Positions 18,684 through 28,796 are shown, numbered from the stretch's first letter. The stretch is DNA of 64,000 bases from a virus (IMGVR_UViG_3300047498_000060:109052-173051); one strand, 5' to 3'. Translations and numbers: made by a program. Notes: generated by a model not told the origin, from the sequence alone.

Positions 18684-18778
18684 ACGCCGATAGTAGCGCG
18701 CACTCATGCTAAAGAGAAAGACCCCGCGACGGTTGGCGCCGTCCGAGGCCGAGACCAGCACCTGGATGAGAGGCACCG

Positions 18779-19170
18779 ATGTCCGAAGAAGTAACACGCG
18801 ATCGGCACGCGCGTTGGCGCAACAAGCACAGGGAACGTTTGCGCGTCGAGGGAGCGGCCTACGCACGAGCCCATCCCGAGAAAGGCCGGGCACAGTGTCT
18901 GAGGCGCTACGGACTGACGCCAGAACAGTACACCGCCCTATTCGCCAGACAAGGTGGCCGCTGTGCCATCGACCGGAGATCGACATCGACAAGCGGTACG
19001 GCACGGTACGTCTGCTCGCCGTGGATCATGACCACGTCACGAACAAAGTTCGCGGCCTTCTGTGTCGTCGATGCAACACTGCACTCGGACTCCTCAACGA
19101 CAGTCCCTTCTTGATGCACGCCGCAGCCGACTATCTGGAGCACCACCATGCCGAAGCCCGAACCAAGTGA
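18779..19170 (+). pseudogene. Endonuclease VII-family HNH homing endonuclease, frameshifted near 18964-18970
   Basis: One frame gives ...YGLTPEQYTALFARQGGRCAI; another continues CHRPE...LAVDHDHVTNKVRGLLCRRCNTALG...AADYL. Confidence 0.8.
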
Positions 19171-19876
19171 GTACGTGACCAGGGATGAAGCGGCCGAGCT
19201 CCTAGAGGTCGACCTACGCACCGTTGTCCGATGGACGAAAAGCGGTCGCCTTGTGGCAGCCTCTTTGCAGAAGAGTGGTCCGAAAGGAGGGCGCCCCTCG
19301 GTCCTCTACAAGCGGGCCCACATCGTGGAGATGGCAGCGCTCCTCGCCGACCAGCCCGATCTGGCGAAGATGCACGCGCTCGGCTTGCGGAATGCCGCGT
19401 CTGTCTCAACCCTCGAGCGACGCACCGACGAAATCTATGACGCGATGGGACTGGGTGTCGCAGCCCTGCGAACGGACGAGAGCTCCATGCACGCGCTGTT
19501 CAACGAGACGAACTACGCCCCGGATCGAACGATGCTCCGGACCGTTACGTGGGTCCGCATGTGGGGCTCGCACTTCTTCGGCATGAACACGTTCTACTTC
19601 GAGTTAGCCAGCCAGGTACTGCAGAAGCCGGACGTCTGGCAGTACTACATCGCCTTTGGGGACCTCATCGAGTATCGCGCCCAGGACCTCCTTCAAGTTG
19701 TCATCCAGAATGACGCGGAGCTCGTGCGCGCGTATCGCTACCTCGCGGCGGCGAAGCGGCATCTCTTCTACCAGGGCTTCATGTACTGCGTGCAGCACCA
19801 CGGCATGCAGGCGGCCGTCGCTAAGCTCGGTCGCCCACCGAACGCCATCACCGAAGTCACAGCGCTGCTGAACTAG
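19148..19876 (+). CDS. Excisionase/MerR-like HTH DNA-binding protein
   Basis: N-terminal YVTRDEAAELLEVDLRTVVRWTKSGRL; helical C-terminal domain of unknown function. Confidence 0.7.
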   Translation: MPKPEPSEYVTRDEAAELLEVDLRTVVRWTKSGRLVAASLQKSGPKGGRPSVLYKRAHIVEMAALLADQPDLAKMHALGLRNAASVSTLERRTDEIYDAMGLGVAALRTDESSMHALFNETNYAPDRTMLRTVTWVRMWGSHFFGMNTFYFELASQVLQKPDVWQYYIAFGDLIEYRAQDLLQVVIQNDAELVRAYRYLAAAKRHLFYQGFMYCVQHHGMQAAVAKLGRPPNAITEVTALLN

Positions 19877-22785
19877 CCCTGGTTCGTCGGGCCGCTCCAA
19901 GTAGAACGGAGCGGGCCCACACCCGGGAGCTCGCGGTTCGGCGCGATTATGTCGGGGCGCGGGAACTTGAGCATCGAGGCGAGGAAGCAGTAGAGCACCG
20001 CGTGCATCGTGTCGTCAGGACGATCAGGACGATGGTCGTACTGGAGCATCCGCAGCGTGCTGTTGTACTTCGCGAAGATGTTCAGGAAGTCATTGCCGTG
20101 CGGGTCCTCGAACTCGTCCCAGTTCGGGAACTCGATCTGCTTGCGCTTCACGGCGTTGAAGAGGTCGCTCATCACCTCCGTGCGAACCGCCATGTAGCGG
20201 CGGAAGCCGGGGTGGAAGTAGAGCTTCTTCTTGCCACGCGGAAGGTACTGGTACTTCCAGATGCGCTTCGGTCCGAAGAGGCGTGTCAGGTGGTCGTTGG
20301 GGTGGAAGCCTCCGCCGTAGTCGGCGCCCACCAGGAGGACGTTGAAGTACTGGAGCATCTGCGAGATCTTCGTGAGCTGCGGCTCCGGGTTCACGTCCTC
20401 CCCGGTGAAACGGTGCGCATAGAAGATGCGGAATCGGTTGCCGATATACGTGCCGAGAACGAGCACCGTGTACGTGTTCTCTCCGGTGTTGCCTTGATAG
20501 GCGATGCAGCCGTTGCGCTCCGTGACGATGTAACCGGTGGGGACCGCACAGCAGTACACCTTGCCCTTGTAGGGTACGTGCTTCACGGCGTTGTGTGGAA
20601 CATTCAACTGGTAGTCACGCCCCTCGGACCACAGCGCCCGCCAGCGCGTCTTGTGGTTGCCTTCTGCGGGCTTGTGGAGGCGGACGACACAGCGAAGGCC
20701 GAGGCGGATACAAATCTCCTGGAAGTCGTCGCACAGCCCCTTCGACGTCGAGTAAAACGCGCCGCCGGTGCAGCCCTCCCGCGGGTCCGTGTAGCCGTCC
20801 CCGTCGACGAGCGCATGGAACAGGATGCGGAGCTGACGCGGCGAGAGCGATAAGAACTTCCGCGGGATGCGTTTCTCATCCCCCTCGACGCCGATGTTCT
20901 CCGCGTACCAGGACCAGTACTGCTTGCCGTAGATGGTCCAGTTCACATCGCCGGTCTTCGGATTCGGGAACCGCGAATGAGGTACCGCCAGCTTGTCCAG
21001 GCAGCGCTGCATCTTCAGGTAGGTCTCGTGGTTGATGGTCTCACGTTGAGACATCTTCACGCACGACATCCGGCCGTCGTCGAAGCACACGCCGCCCTCT
21101 GTGATGAGGTAGCCCAGCAACTCGAGCCAGTCGTCCATCGGCACCGTGCGCGCATCCGACCCGCCATAGCCAGGAGACGCTGGAAGTCCGGGCAACGTGA
21201 ATCGCTTGACCTCTTCCCCTACCCAGCTCACGTGCCCGACAAACGACACGCAGCCGCCGCGCTCCGCTGTAACACCCGCGGACTCGGTGACCCACTGCTC
21301 TCGCCCAGCGACCGTGACGCGCATCCGATGCGTCGTTGTGACCATCAGGTCCAGGCCGCCGCGGGTCTTGAAATGGCGCAAAGGCTTGTCCCAATCACGC
21401 ACCGTTCGCGCTAGTGGGCGCACGAAGGTCATCGCCCGCGTCTCTGGATCCCACTGTGCCACACGGTCGTCGTCGACGAGGTCGCGGAAGTACTTGAAGC
21501 CGTCCTCCGTCAGGATGCGGGTCTCTTCGTCATGGCAACCCCAGTCTATGCCTGCGAAGACTGGCTGTCCCGCACTGAGAGTCTTGTACTTCTCCAGGCT
21601 GTGCGAAAGCATCGAGCCGCCCGTGCAGCACTCCTTCAGCTGCTGTCGCGTAAGAGGACGCAAGCCGGAGTCGTACGAGATGCCGAGCACTTCGTTGTGG
21701 AAACGCGCACGGTCATAGCGCGTGTAGTCCAGCATGATTTCTTGCCATGACCGCCACGGCACCATCAGCTGCGGGATGCGGTAGCTCTCGAAGATGCCCT
21801 TCGACTGGAGCATCGTCCACTGTGCGTCGCTGTGCGCGGGATCGATGGGTTTGTGGCACTTCTCACAGGAGAGACCCTTCTTCTGGATGTTCGCCTCCCC
21901 AAGGATGTTCCAGTACCGGCCTGTCTCCCCACCGTGCCGGTCGCAAGGAACGGCCCACTCCCCCATCGTCGACATCGGGGTACCGTCCTTCGACGTCCCG
22001 CTGCGGTAGTACTCGATGGAGTTGTCTAGACCCTTGGGTGTACCTGCGTAGATGAAGCTCTTCCACTTGTCATCGGCGTGGCTGACGGCCTGCTCGATGA
22101 CCGGGATGTTGTCCGAGAGGATGTCTTGGATCTCGTCGATGCACAGACGCCAGGCAGAGATACCTCGGATGCGGTCGGCGTTGAGGAAGGCGTAGCGGAG
22201 CGTGATCTTCGAGCGATTCACGAACTGCTTCTCAAAGACGTTCTGCTGGAGGAGTGTTGTCGTGAAGCCTTTCAAAACGTCGCTGGTCTCGAGAGGTTCT
22301 TTCAGGCGGTCGACCGAGAAGGTCTTGGTCTGCGTCGCCGACGGGGAGACGTAAAGCGTACGGTACCCCGGGACCATGCAAGAGTACGCGACGGCCAGGT
22401 TCCCGAGCGCCGTCGACTTCTCGACCTGACGACCGCACATCAGATGGATGCGCTTCGCTGGCGTGTCGTAGATGCGCCGCATGTGACGACGGCCGTTGAA
22501 GCTGAACGGCACGTGCGTAGGGTCAGTCTCCTTCTGGATGTTCGTGTTCGGCATCCGGAACGCGAACTCAGTGAACTCCGAAGGCATGACGCTCAGCATC
22601 CCCGCCGGTCGTGCGAGGGATGCGTCACCGAAGAGGTCGTAGTCGCCGCACGGGTCGTCTTCAGGAGCCCAGCCCGACGCGAGAATCTCGTCGATCAGTT
22701 CTTGCTCTCGCAGGTCTTCTTCAGCATCCTCGTCGGTGTAGGGCACATCGTCCACTGCTACATCCGGTTCAATACCCATCGTCAT
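19873..22785 (-). CDS. terL: Terminase large subunit (lambda gpA-like) with intein
   Basis: Walker A GRQVEKST, Walker B LCIDEIQD, coupling motif AGTP, Zn motif CDRH...CEKC, nuclease AGIDWG...GADYGG...PDDTMHA. Confidence 0.88.
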   Translation of the reverse strand: MTMGIEPDVAVDDVPYTDEDAEEDLREQELIDEILASGWAPEDDPCGDYDLFGDASLARPAGMLSVMPSEFTEFAFRMPNTNIQKETDPTHVPFSFNGRRHMRRIYDTPAKRIHLMCGRQVEKSTALGNLAVAYSCMVPGYRTLYVSPSATQTKTFSVDRLKEPLETSDVLKGFTTTLLQQNVFEKQFVNRSKITLRYAFLNADRIRGISAWRLCIDEIQDILSDNIPVIEQAVSHADDKWKSFIYAGTPKGLDNSIEYYRSGTSKDGTPMSTMGEWAVPCDRHGGETGRYWNILGEANIQKKGLSCEKCHKPIDPAHSDAQWTMLQSKGIFESYRIPQLMVPWRSWQEIMLDYTRYDRARFHNEVLGISYDSGLRPLTRQQLKECCTGGSMLSHSLEKYKTLSAGQPVFAGIDWGCHDEETRILTEDGFKYFRDLVDDDRVAQWDPETRAMTFVRPLARTVRDWDKPLRHFKTRGGLDLMVTTTHRMRVTVAGREQWVTESAGVTAERGGCVSFVGHVSWVGEEVKRFTLPGLPASPGYGGSDARTVPMDDWLELLGYLITEGGVCFDDGRMSCVKMSQRETINHETYLKMQRCLDKLAVPHSRFPNPKTGDVNWTIYGKQYWSWYAENIGVEGDEKRIPRKFLSLSPRQLRILFHALVDGDGYTDPREGCTGGAFYSTSKGLCDDFQEICIRLGLRCVVRLHKPAEGNHKTRWRALWSEGRDYQLNVPHNAVKHVPYKGKVYCCAVPTGYIVTERNGCIAYQGNTGENTYTVLVLGTYIGNRFRIFYAHRFTGEDVNPEPQLTKISQMLQYFNVLLVGADYGGGFHPNDHLTRLFGPKRIWKYQYLPRGKKKLYFHPGFRRYMAVRTEVMSDLFNAVKRKQIEFPNWDEFEDPHGNDFLNIFAKYNSTLRMLQYDHRPDRPDDTMHAVLYCFLASMLKFPRPDIIAPNRELPGVGPLRSTWSGPTNQG
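20488..21537 (-). mobile_element. Intein with LAGLIDADG endonuclease (350 aa) in the terminase nuclease domain
   Basis: CHDEETRILT...VTTTHRM...LLGYLITEG...ALVDGDG...VYCCAVPTG...AYQGN followed by Thr. Confidence 0.88.
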
Positions 22786-23104
22786 GTTTCCACCGAAGCC
22801 TACTCACAACCCGCAAGAGCTGCTGAACAATCTCTGGATGAGTGTTCAACGTGCTGGGCCGGTCTTCACCGCGGACGCGAACATCATCCCGAAGGGAGAC
22901 AAGCAAAGCTGCTCCATCTGTCTCGCGCCTGGCACCCTGATGCACGAGGTGAGACACGCCTTGCGGCGGTACATCAAGGCATACGCCAGGGACAGCGGCT
23001 GGCACTTGAGCGACATCCGCTTTGAGCGCAGCTACTTAGCCTTCTCCATCGAGCCCTCAAGCGCGGAATCGAGCCTGTCACAGAATCCAAGTGCGAAGCG
23101 CTGA
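22784..23104 (+). CDS. Hypothetical protein
   Basis: 106-aa ORF with coding-like codon use, divergent from terL. Confidence 0.45.
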   Translation: MFPPKPTHNPQELLNNLWMSVQRAGPVFTADANIIPKGDKQSCSICLAPGTLMHEVRHALRRYIKAYARDSGWHLSDIRFERSYLAFSIEPSSAESSLSQNPSAKR

Positions 23105-23502
23105 GGGTCTAGCTTCATCCCGGCCCCCTTCGCGCGTAGCCACCAAGAGGCCTTCTCCTCCGTATACGCCGCGACCAGCCGGCGCTCGTCGGCGTCGAAG
23201 TACTCCTTCGCGACCTCCTCCATCACCTGCGGAAAGAGTTCAAGCCAGTACTTGTGCGGGGTCAGCGACAGAGTGAACGTTCCGTCAGGAGTCACCCAGT
23301 GCGGCAATGCGTTGGCTTCCTTGGTGACGTAGAAGTGATAGACCGCGTCCCCTTCCGTCACCGCCACTTCGGCAGAGAAGGTCGTGAGGTCCTCAACCCT
23401 CGTGAAGTGGAGGGGCAGAAGGGGGAGCACCCCCTTCTGTTCCCCCGAGACCGTCTGCGTCACCTGGGTCGGGGTCAACTTCGTCGCTGTCATCTTTCCC
23501 AT
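23032..23502 (-). CDS. Hypothetical protein
   Basis: 156-aa ORF with GC3 bias. Confidence 0.55.
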   Translation of the reverse strand: MGKMTATKLTPTQVTQTVSGEQKGVLPLLPLHFTRVEDLTTFSAEVAVTEGDAVYHFYVTKEANALPHWVTPDGTFTLSLTPHKYWLELFPQVMEEVAKEYFDADERRLVAAYTEEKASWWLRAKGAGMKLDPQRFALGFCDRLDSALEGSMEKAK

Positions 23503-24430
23503 CGGGCATTCCCTTCATCGGCACGAGCTCTGCTGTGTGGTTTCCCGTACCCCCAGAGAGCTCGGCAATCGTGGGGACGGGAGTCGGGTCTGTGCGCAGA
23601 GCAATGGTCTCGAGGCCCTTGAGCCCGTCGTTCGGACGTCCCAGTGTCTGCTGGATGTTCGTGATCGTCTGGGCCGCGTTCAGCCAGGTCGCGTACTCCT
23701 CCGCTGCATGCGGTCCACCGATCATCAGCGCCTGGGCAGCTGCGTGGAAAGTCCGTGCTACGAGATCCTCGATGCTCTCCATGATGTTCCCCACAGGGGG
23801 CAGGAAGCCGAGAGCCTGCTGCACCGCGTACGCTGAGAACACCGAGTTCGGCATCGAGACGGCGAAGTAGCGGGGGTCCTTGTAGTAGGCGCGCCTCAGG
23901 ATGTCGGAACGACCTTTGAGCTCCGGGATGGACTCCTCCATGATCTTGTAGCGAATCTCCAAGAGGATGCGGAGCTTCGGTACGTCGAGCGCGGTGGTAT
24001 CCCAGAAGTAGTGCTTGTACAACCCGACAGAATCAGGGGTCGCAAAGACCTGGTACGCACGCATCAACGCAGTGGCGATTGTCAGAAAGCTCTGCCCGCA
24101 CATGAGCATCGCCTCGACCTGCAGCTTGGCGCGCGCGTGCTCGAGGATGGACCGGGACAACCGCATCGTCTGGTCCGGAATGTAGAACCGGTTGATGCCG
24201 TTCTCGCAGATGTACATGAACGACGGCTGATGACTCTGGTCCGTCGGATAGAAGATCCGCGGCCGAGGCGGCATCTTCTTTCGGAGGCTGTCGATGTACT
24301 CCGGCGAGATGAAGTCGAGCCCGTCATCGATGAGACGCTCCTTGATGTCGGCCGAGGAGTACTCGTCGGGATGGACTACCAGCGCACGGATGTACCGCTC
24401 AGCAGGGCTGGTTAGGCGGAGTGATGCCAC
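23393..24430 (-). CDS. Hypothetical helical protein (candidate small terminase/packaging accessory)
   Basis: Probable GTG start at 24430; acidic C-terminus; two genes upstream of terL. Function is positional inference only. Confidence 0.5.
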   Translation of the reverse strand: MASLRLTSPAERYIRALVVHPDEYSSADIKERLIDDGLDFISPEYIDSLRKKMPPRPRIFYPTDQSHQPSFMYICENGINRFYIPDQTMRLSRSILEHARAKLQVEAMLMCGQSFLTIATALMRAYQVFATPDSVGLYKHYFWDTTALDVPKLRILLEIRYKIMEESIPELKGRSDILRRAYYKDPRYFAVSMPNSVFSAYAVQQALGFLPPVGNIMESIEDLVARTFHAAAQALMIGGPHAAEEYATWLNAAQTITNIQQTLGRPNDGLKGLETIALRTDPTPVPTIAELSGGTGNHTAELVPMKGMPDGKDDSDEVDPDPGDADGLGGTEGGAPPSAPPLHEG

Positions 24431-24512
24431 AGCCCGGTAATAGCGTCCTGACAGGCTTATGTAAAGGCTAACTTCGCTGTACCTTCGGCTATAAGAGACG
24501 AAGGAGAGCAAC

Positions 24513-25124
24513 ATGCCCTACGCCAGCGCAGAGACGCGTCGACTGTACAACATCTGGAACCAGATGCGTCTGCGCTGTACCGACCACAATCACGATGCCT
24601 ACGTGATCTACGGTCACCGAGGCATCACAGTGTGCCCTCGTTGGCTGCCCGGCTTCGACAAGTACAACCTGAAGAAGGGCTTCGCAGCTTTCTGTGAAGA
24701 CATGTCGCCGCACCCAGGTCCTGGTTACTCACTCGATCGAAAGGACAACGATGAGGGGTACTCGAAGGAGAATTGCCGTTGGGCAACCAAAGAAGAGCAA
24801 AACAGGAACAAAAGAAACAATCACATCATCACATACAAAGGGCGCACTCAGACTGCCGTGGCTTGGGCGCAGGAGTTGTTCCCGGAGAATCCCGGACGCA
24901 TCCAGACACGCCTAGCTAAAGGTTGGTCCGTAGAGGACGCACTAGGTACGCCCATCCGCCTGAAAACGGCCGCGCGGCGACGAGGTCCTTTGACGCACAA
25001 AGGGGAAACACTGTCCGTGCAGGAGTGGGCTACGCGGCTATTCCCCGAGAATCCAAGCATCCTACACGTACGACTAGGACGCGGCTGGGATCCTGAGCGC
25101 GCCTTATCGACACCAGCGCGCTAG
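24513..25124 (+). CDS. HNH homing endonuclease with two C-terminal DNA-binding repeats
   Basis: LYNIWNQMRLRC...YGHRGITVC.RW...SLDRKDNDEGYSKENCRWAT; repeats TYKGRTQTAVAWAQELFPENP / THKGETLSVQEWATRLFPENP; AAGGAG RBS. Confidence 0.85.
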   Translation: MPYASAETRRLYNIWNQMRLRCTDHNHDAYVIYGHRGITVCPRWLPGFDKYNLKKGFAAFCEDMSPHPGPGYSLDRKDNDEGYSKENCRWATKEEQNRNKRNNHIITYKGRTQTAVAWAQELFPENPGRIQTRLAKGWSVEDALGTPIRLKTAARRRGPLTHKGETLSVQEWATRLFPENPSILHVRLGRGWDPERALSTPAR

Positions 25125-25148
25125 GCAAGGAGACTTCTAGCCTTTTGC

Positions 25149-27464
25149 TTAGCCAGCGGTGAAAGCAAGCTGCTGGAGACCCTCGATCACTTGCTCCACG
25201 GTGCGCATCGCCTTCTCGAGTGCGGGGACAGGAATGTTCCGCAGACCGAGGCGTGCTGCCAGAAGGAGCTCGCAGATCTTCTCTTGCGCCTCGTCGATCT
25301 TCGGGAGGTACGAGATGAAGACGCCGAGGTTCTCTGCGTTGAGGAAGCCGAGGGAAAGAACCGCATCGACTGCCGTAGGGTCCGGGATGATCGCAGCCTC
25401 CTTCACGAGGTCACGCTTCAGCCAGGTTGCTGCCTCGGCGGCAGGCCCAGCCTCCGCAGCGAGTTTTGCCGCATCTATCTTTGTCTGAAACGCGGCGGGC
25501 TGGATGTAGTGCGCCACGCGCACGTCGACGGGCACGTTGTGGTACTCCGCCTCGCCCATCTTCTTCTGAGCGTAGGCCATGTCCACGCCGAGGCCCGCGA
25601 GGAGGAAGAGCGTGTCGTCGATGCTCATGAAGGAGCGTTCGTCCGACGCGAGCTTGTCGACGGGGAAGCCGCTGACAGAGAAGGCCCCACCGCCACCGCG
25701 GAGGGTGACGGTCGCGAGCGCGCGCTGCGCCTGGGCTTCTTTGCTGAAGCCCTCCGGCTTCTCGACGAGCGTGGTGTCCTCCGCCTTGTCGAGCGGCAGC
25801 CAGGAGAACGTGTCGGGGATGAGCAGACGGTCGCCGTCGGGGGACGGCATGACCTTCTGGATGTTCGGCTGCACCGAGATCTGCACTTCGCGGCCGTCAT
25901 ACGTGACGCAATGGAGCACCGCGCCGCCGTTCTGCTGGTCGTTGACCGAGCCCTTCACGGTGACCGGGATGGTGGCCTCCGCCTTGCCGTTCTGGAGCAC
26001 GTGGTAGAAGCACCCCACTCCCTTCGGAGTCCCCTCGAAGATGCTGCCTCCGTGGCCCGCGTGAACGCCGGCGATGTCGCTCTGGACCGCGTAGTGGCTG
26101 CCGTTGGTAAAGAGGGCGATGGGAAGTGACGTGCCGTCGACGTCGATGAGGTTCGGAAAGACGTAACCGACCAGGTGCCGGCCTTTCTCGTCCTGCACCT
26201 TGTACATCCCGAAGTGGTCGATGGGCATCGGCTTGTCTTCTTCGGGGCTCTCCGGCTCACCCACAGGCTTGTCGACGACGTTCTTGTCGGCTGCCTCGCC
26301 TTCCGCGGGCGGCTGATCCACGGTCATCGTTGCAGAACCCGTCTCGTCTGCCGCAAGGACGACCTTTCCACCGAGCAGCCTGTAGGCCGCGCCGCGGTCG
26401 AGGAGCTCTTCCTTCGGAGCCCAGCTGACGCGCGAGGCGGACTTCGCCAGGTACCCCTCGTCCACCTTCTGGAGTTGGATGACCGTCGGACGGATGGCAT
26501 CTGCTTCGGCTGTCTTCGGGGTGTACTCCAGGAGCGCCTTCAGAGAGTCGCCCGATGCGTTACCGTTGGCGACGAACTGCCGCTGCAAGCCCATGTCGCT
26601 GCCCATCTTGGCGATGAACGCGTCGTAGTCCTTCTCGGCGATGGTCGGCAGGATGGCTGCGAGGACCGAGGCCGCCTTCGGCATCGCGGCCGTGGCCTTC
26701 GTTGCCGCGATGTTCGCGCCGGCCAGGTACTTCTGCCCCTTGGCTGCAGCAGCTCCACCCTCGCCCACCATCTGAGCTCCGCGCCCCATCATCGAGCGCG
26801 ACGCGCCGGCGAGTGCCTGCGGATTCGTCTGCTTCTTCAGATAACTACCGACGGTCGAGAGACTCAGCGCCTGCTTCACTTTGGCCTGCTTCGCCTCTGC
26901 GTAGGCCTCCTCGAGGAACGACTCGAACGCCGAGCCCTCTTTCCCCATGCCCACACTCATCGTGGCGCCGCCCCCGCCGAAGCCGTAGTTCTGACGGTAC
27001 GGCGGGTAGAGCTGGCCGATGAGGGACATGTCGCCGGGCCCGCGGCCTGTGATGTCGAAGGCCTGGGGGCGGAAGATGGCCTGGCGCAGGCGCATCTCCG
27101 TGAGGGGCAGGAGCTTCGACTCGCCGGCGACCATCAGGTCGAGAGGCTGGAGCTTCTTGTCCTTGATGATGACGGGGACGCGCACCTTCTGGATGCCAGC
27201 CGCCGCGCTCCCCGCCGGGTCAGCGCCGTGCTGAATCTCGGTCTTGTTCTGGATCTCGAGATGACCGAAGCCGTACCCGCGCTCCCCGTCGACCTTGTCC
27301 ATCGTGACCTGCGGCTCGAAGTCCGCAACGAACGGGCACTGCTTGTAGACCTCCTGCATGACCTCGGTCGGCCACTGGTTGGGGTCGTCGGAGAGCATCG
27401 TCTCCCCACCGGCGGTCTTCTCGAACTCGACATCGGGGGTGAGGAACAGCGGCTGCATCGTCAT
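25149..27464 (-). CDS. Large KxA-motif virion protein
   Basis: 771 aa; EKTAG, GKEGS, VKQAL, PKAAS, AKSAS, SKEAQ, DKLAS, VKEAA. Confidence 0.7.
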   Translation of the reverse strand: MTMQPLFLTPDVEFEKTAGGETMLSDDPNQWPTEVMQEVYKQCPFVADFEPQVTMDKVDGERGYGFGHLEIQNKTEIQHGADPAGSAAAGIQKVRVPVIIKDKKLQPLDLMVAGESKLLPLTEMRLRQAIFRPQAFDITGRGPGDMSLIGQLYPPYRQNYGFGGGGATMSVGMGKEGSAFESFLEEAYAEAKQAKVKQALSLSTVGSYLKKQTNPQALAGASRSMMGRGAQMVGEGGAAAAKGQKYLAGANIAATKATAAMPKAASVLAAILPTIAEKDYDAFIAKMGSDMGLQRQFVANGNASGDSLKALLEYTPKTAEADAIRPTVIQLQKVDEGYLAKSASRVSWAPKEELLDRGAAYRLLGGKVVLAADETGSATMTVDQPPAEGEAADKNVVDKPVGEPESPEEDKPMPIDHFGMYKVQDEKGRHLVGYVFPNLIDVDGTSLPIALFTNGSHYAVQSDIAGVHAGHGGSIFEGTPKGVGCFYHVLQNGKAEATIPVTVKGSVNDQQNGGAVLHCVTYDGREVQISVQPNIQKVMPSPDGDRLLIPDTFSWLPLDKAEDTTLVEKPEGFSKEAQAQRALATVTLRGGGGAFSVSGFPVDKLASDERSFMSIDDTLFLLAGLGVDMAYAQKKMGEAEYHNVPVDVRVAHYIQPAAFQTKIDAAKLAAEAGPAAEAATWLKRDLVKEAAIIPDPTAVDAVLSLGFLNAENLGVFISYLPKIDEAQEKICELLLAARLGLRNIPVPALEKAMRTVEQVIEGLQQLAFTAG

Positions 27465-27516
27465 GGGCGGTCTCCGTCGACAAGCGTACCAAGAACAGAC
27501 TCTGCGTGGAACAACG

Positions 27517-28191
27517 CTAGCCGGTCAGGAAGATGGCGGACATTGCAGTCGCTGCCGTCGGGTCCTTCGTGATGAGCATGATACCGGCCACGTCATCCGT
27601 CGGAAGAATCGTCGTAGATCCGAAGGGCCCACTGCCTGTGATGCCACCGGCGGCGATCATTCCGTAGAAGTCCGCCCCTACGCTCTGCAGAGTCTCGGTG
27701 CCTTGAGCAGGGAAGCCGAAGGCGAGCAGCATCACCGGACCCGCAGACACGGCTGCGCTGATCGTAGCGATGAGGTCAATGATGGGGAGCTTGATCGCGA
27801 GCGAGGCGCTGATGAGTGCCTGGATGCCGGCCACCTGCACACCCAAGAGGGCGGTCAGTCCTAGAGACGCGGACAACGAAGCGCTCAGCTGCACCGAAAT
27901 CGAGGGAAGTCCAAGCGAGAGAAGAACGCTGATGCTCGCCTGAATCTGGATGCTGGCCTGGAGCTGAGCTTCGAGCGCCGCGATGGGGTTCGAGATCGAG
28001 AGGCCGACGTTCAACTGGAAGGAAAGCGACGCTTGTAACTGCAGAGACAGGCTGATGCCTAACGTGCCCAAGCCGAAGCTGCCCGTAAGCATCAGATCGA
28101 ACTGCGCAAGCAGCGGCACAATGGCCGTGATGGAGCCGTCGAGCGCGACGTTGATGGCTCCGAGCGGAAGTGCGCCGATGACCGTCAGCAT
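27517..28191 (-). CDS. Highly hydrophobic Leu/Ile/Ser/Ala-rich protein, baseplate-associated by position
   Basis: 224 aa with no Arg/His/Cys/Trp and two Lys; downstream of the spike gene. Confidence 0.6.
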   Translation of the reverse strand: MLTVIGALPLGAINVALDGSITAIVPLLAQFDLMLTGSFGLGTLGISLSLQLQASLSFQLNVGLSISNPIAALEAQLQASIQIQASISVLLSLGLPSISVQLSASLSASLGLTALLGVQVAGIQALISASLAIKLPIIDLIATISAAVSAGPVMLLAFGFPAQGTETLQSVGADFYGMIAAGGITGSGPFGSTTILPTDDVAGIMLITKDPTAATAMSAIFLTG

Positions 28192-28766
28192 GCTGTGGTT
28201 ACTGTACGCGCAGGCGGGTTCGTCAGGTAGCTGGCTGCACGTAAGAGGAGAGCTGGGTCGTCCTTGAAGCGGCCGATGCCCTGGTTACAATTTGTGCACA
28301 GTAGGCCGCGCACTTGTTTCTTCGAGTGATCATGGTCCACACGCCAACGTACCGGCTTTCCGTTCCGAACCTGCGGCTCTTTGCGCCCGCAGATTGCGCA
28401 GCATCCTCCCTGCATTCTCTCGAGCTCTTCGTACTGCTCGAGTGCGATGCCGTAGCTTGACTTGAGCTTGGAGGATACGACCTCACGTGGATGTGCTGCT
28501 GCATACTCCCGTTGGTACTTCGCAGCGCGTATTAGCTGCTTGGCGTGCTGTGCAGGATCTTCCTTACGCCGCTGCTCTTTCGCGCGCAGCTTCTCTGGGT
28601 TTCTAGCTCGCCACGCAGCATCTTGGGCGCGAGTAGCATCCGGGTGAGCTGCCCGCCACTCGCGCACCTTCGCTGCGTGCGCTGCGCGTCCCTCCGGTGT
28701 GACTCGCTGCTTTTGCGCTTGCTCCCGATTGTACCGACGACGCTGGTCTAGGTCTTTGAAAGGCAT
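28185..28766 (-). CDS. Endonuclease VII-family HNH homing endonuclease
   Basis: YGIALEQYEELERMQGGCCAICG...VDHDHSKKQVRGLLCTNCNQGIG.FKDDP.LL.RAASYL. Confidence 0.88.
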   Translation of the reverse strand: MPFKDLDQRRRYNREQAQKQRVTPEGRAAHAAKVREWRAAHPDATRAQDAAWRARNPEKLRAKEQRRKEDPAQHAKQLIRAAKYQREYAAAHPREVVSSKLKSSYGIALEQYEELERMQGGCCAICGRKEPQVRNGKPVRWRVDHDHSKKQVRGLLCTNCNQGIGRFKDDPALLLRAASYLTNPPARTVTTAC

Positions 28767-28796
28767 GCCTTCGGGTACTGTTTCAGGCGGCAATCG

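Noticed and set aside
19148-19876. Excisionase implying a prophage
   Set aside because: No integrase, repressor or att context in the window; the HTH is fused to a larger domain.
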